DNA of 64,000 nucleotides from Botryllus schlosseri (lineage: Eukaryota), in contig CM119372.1 of assembly GCA_051294905.1 (NCBI GenBank), forward strand, positions 31,188,001-31,252,000, written 5' to 3'. The number at the start of each line of letters is the position of its first letter. The first letter of the stretch is position 1. Below are positions 63,173 to 64,000 of the stretch, piece by piece. The notes beneath the pieces are model-generated. The model was not told the DNA's origin. It saw only the letters and a program-made list of their open reading frames with translations, and did no database searches. Both the position numbers and the translations under genes were made by a program.

Positions 63173-63840
63173 GTTACATCACGTTGTCTGGCACCAAAGG
63201 CGAATTCTCGGTGGTGTTACCGAATGAAATTATTTGTAATGAGCTTGCGTTGGTGGATATGAGTTTTGTCAGTGAATCTCTTGATCGAATTATAATCAAT
63301 CGTGATCAAGCACTCTGGGAGCTACATAATGAGAAAGATCGAATAGTAGAAGCGTACCTAACACCACTTGGGAATTATGCAAACAACCTCGAGTTGACGC
63401 GAAGAATATTATCTGAAAGTTTCAAACACTGTTTCACCGAAAGAATCAACGATGAACTTTTCCGAATTCGTTACTCGAAACGTATCACACTCCACCCCAC
63501 GGATATATTCACGAATTATTTCAGTGTAGTTGATCAAGTGTCGACACCAGTATGTAATGTCACGTCGATCAAACCTAAACCAACTCAACCCCACCACAGA
63601 TATCTTTTTGTGTATATGAATGTACTACGACATCATCCGGTGGGTGATTACATGAGTCAATTGCTTTGTGTGATCCAAGTAAATAAAGAGACGTGTATGA
63701 GACAAGAAGTTGTATATGAAAAACCGTTTTATTTCCCAGTGTCGATTAACCACGTCCGCGATATAAAAATCACCATCCGGGACCAATACGGTCAGTTAGT
63801 ACATGATATAGAGACCACATTGACACTCCACGCACGATGA
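63169..63840 (+). CDS. Minor capsid protein (penton) paralogue 2
   Basis: YITL...ELALVDMSF...YLFVYMNV...VGDYMSQLLCVI...YEKPFYFPV...IKITIRDQYGQLV...TLTLHAR; ATGA overlap. Confidence 0.85.
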   Translation: MSYITLSGTKGEFSVVLPNEIICNELALVDMSFVSESLDRIIINRDQALWELHNEKDRIVEAYLTPLGNYANNLELTRRILSESFKHCFTERINDELFRIRYSKRITLHPTDIFTNYFSVVDQVSTPVCNVTSIKPKPTQPHHRYLFVYMNVLRHHPVGDYMSQLLCVIQVNKETCMRQEVVYEKPFYFPVSINHVRDIKITIRDQYGQLVHDIETTLTLHAR

Positions 63841-64000
63841 AAATAGTGACGTTAACCACTTCTATGCTTGGTGTTGATTTTGAACACAGACTACTCACCA
63901 TCAACAACATCCCGACGAGGTATTGTGAATTAGCCCTCATGGAGATCGATTTCTCTTTAACCGAACCGGTGATTGGTCAATATTTGTTTGTGTATTGTGA
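63837..64000 (+). CDS. Minor capsid protein (penton) paralogue 3, partial; absent from the ORF track
   Basis: ATGA overlap; MKIVTLTTSMLGVDFEHRLLTINNIPTRYCELALMEIDFSLTEPVIGQYLFVYC(D), sharing the ELAL..F and YLFVYCD motifs. Confidence 0.8.
   Translation, partial: MKIVTLTTSMLGVDFEHRLLTINNIPTRYCELALMEIDFSLTEPVIGQYLFVYC

Larger units (their letters stand above)
51751..64000 (+). mobile_element. Polinton/Maverick (adintovirus-like endogenous virus), left part; continues past the window
   Basis: AGTAGT terminus plus pPolB, A32-like ATPase, retroviral-type integrase and penton genes. Predicted TSD is TGAGTC (51745-51750). Confidence 0.97.

Overview
AT-rich eukaryotic genomic DNA from a marine invertebrate, probably an ascidian (inferred from the NACHT gene style and the short introns). 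Almost all of it is transposon-derived. (1) From 51751 to the window end lies the left part of a Polinton/Maverick (adintovirus-like endogenous virus). It has an AGTAGT terminus with subterminal repeats, a leftward tandem-OB SSB gene and a hidden Bcl-2-like pseudogene. A terminal-protein gene appears split from the protein-primed PolB by an old duplication, and a chain of micro-exons leads into polB. These are followed by the packaging ATPase, two small core/membrane genes, a chromodomain integrase and three tandem penton paralogues. (2) A complete 7.57-kb non-coding mini-Polinton (12659-20223) has 3.2-3.4 kb terminal inverted repeats, AGTAGT ends and a 6-bp TSD. A second, divergent copy is cut by the window start (1-3482). 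(3) An NLR-type NACHT gene on the minus strand has an upstream intron holding a repeat element, a Gypsy gag fragment and the Polinton, nested. (4) Many hAT MITEs and deletion derivatives with 8-bp TSDs, a Kolobok-like element, a Chapaev-like remnant and a SINE head. All protein assignments come from motif recognition by eye; no database search was run.
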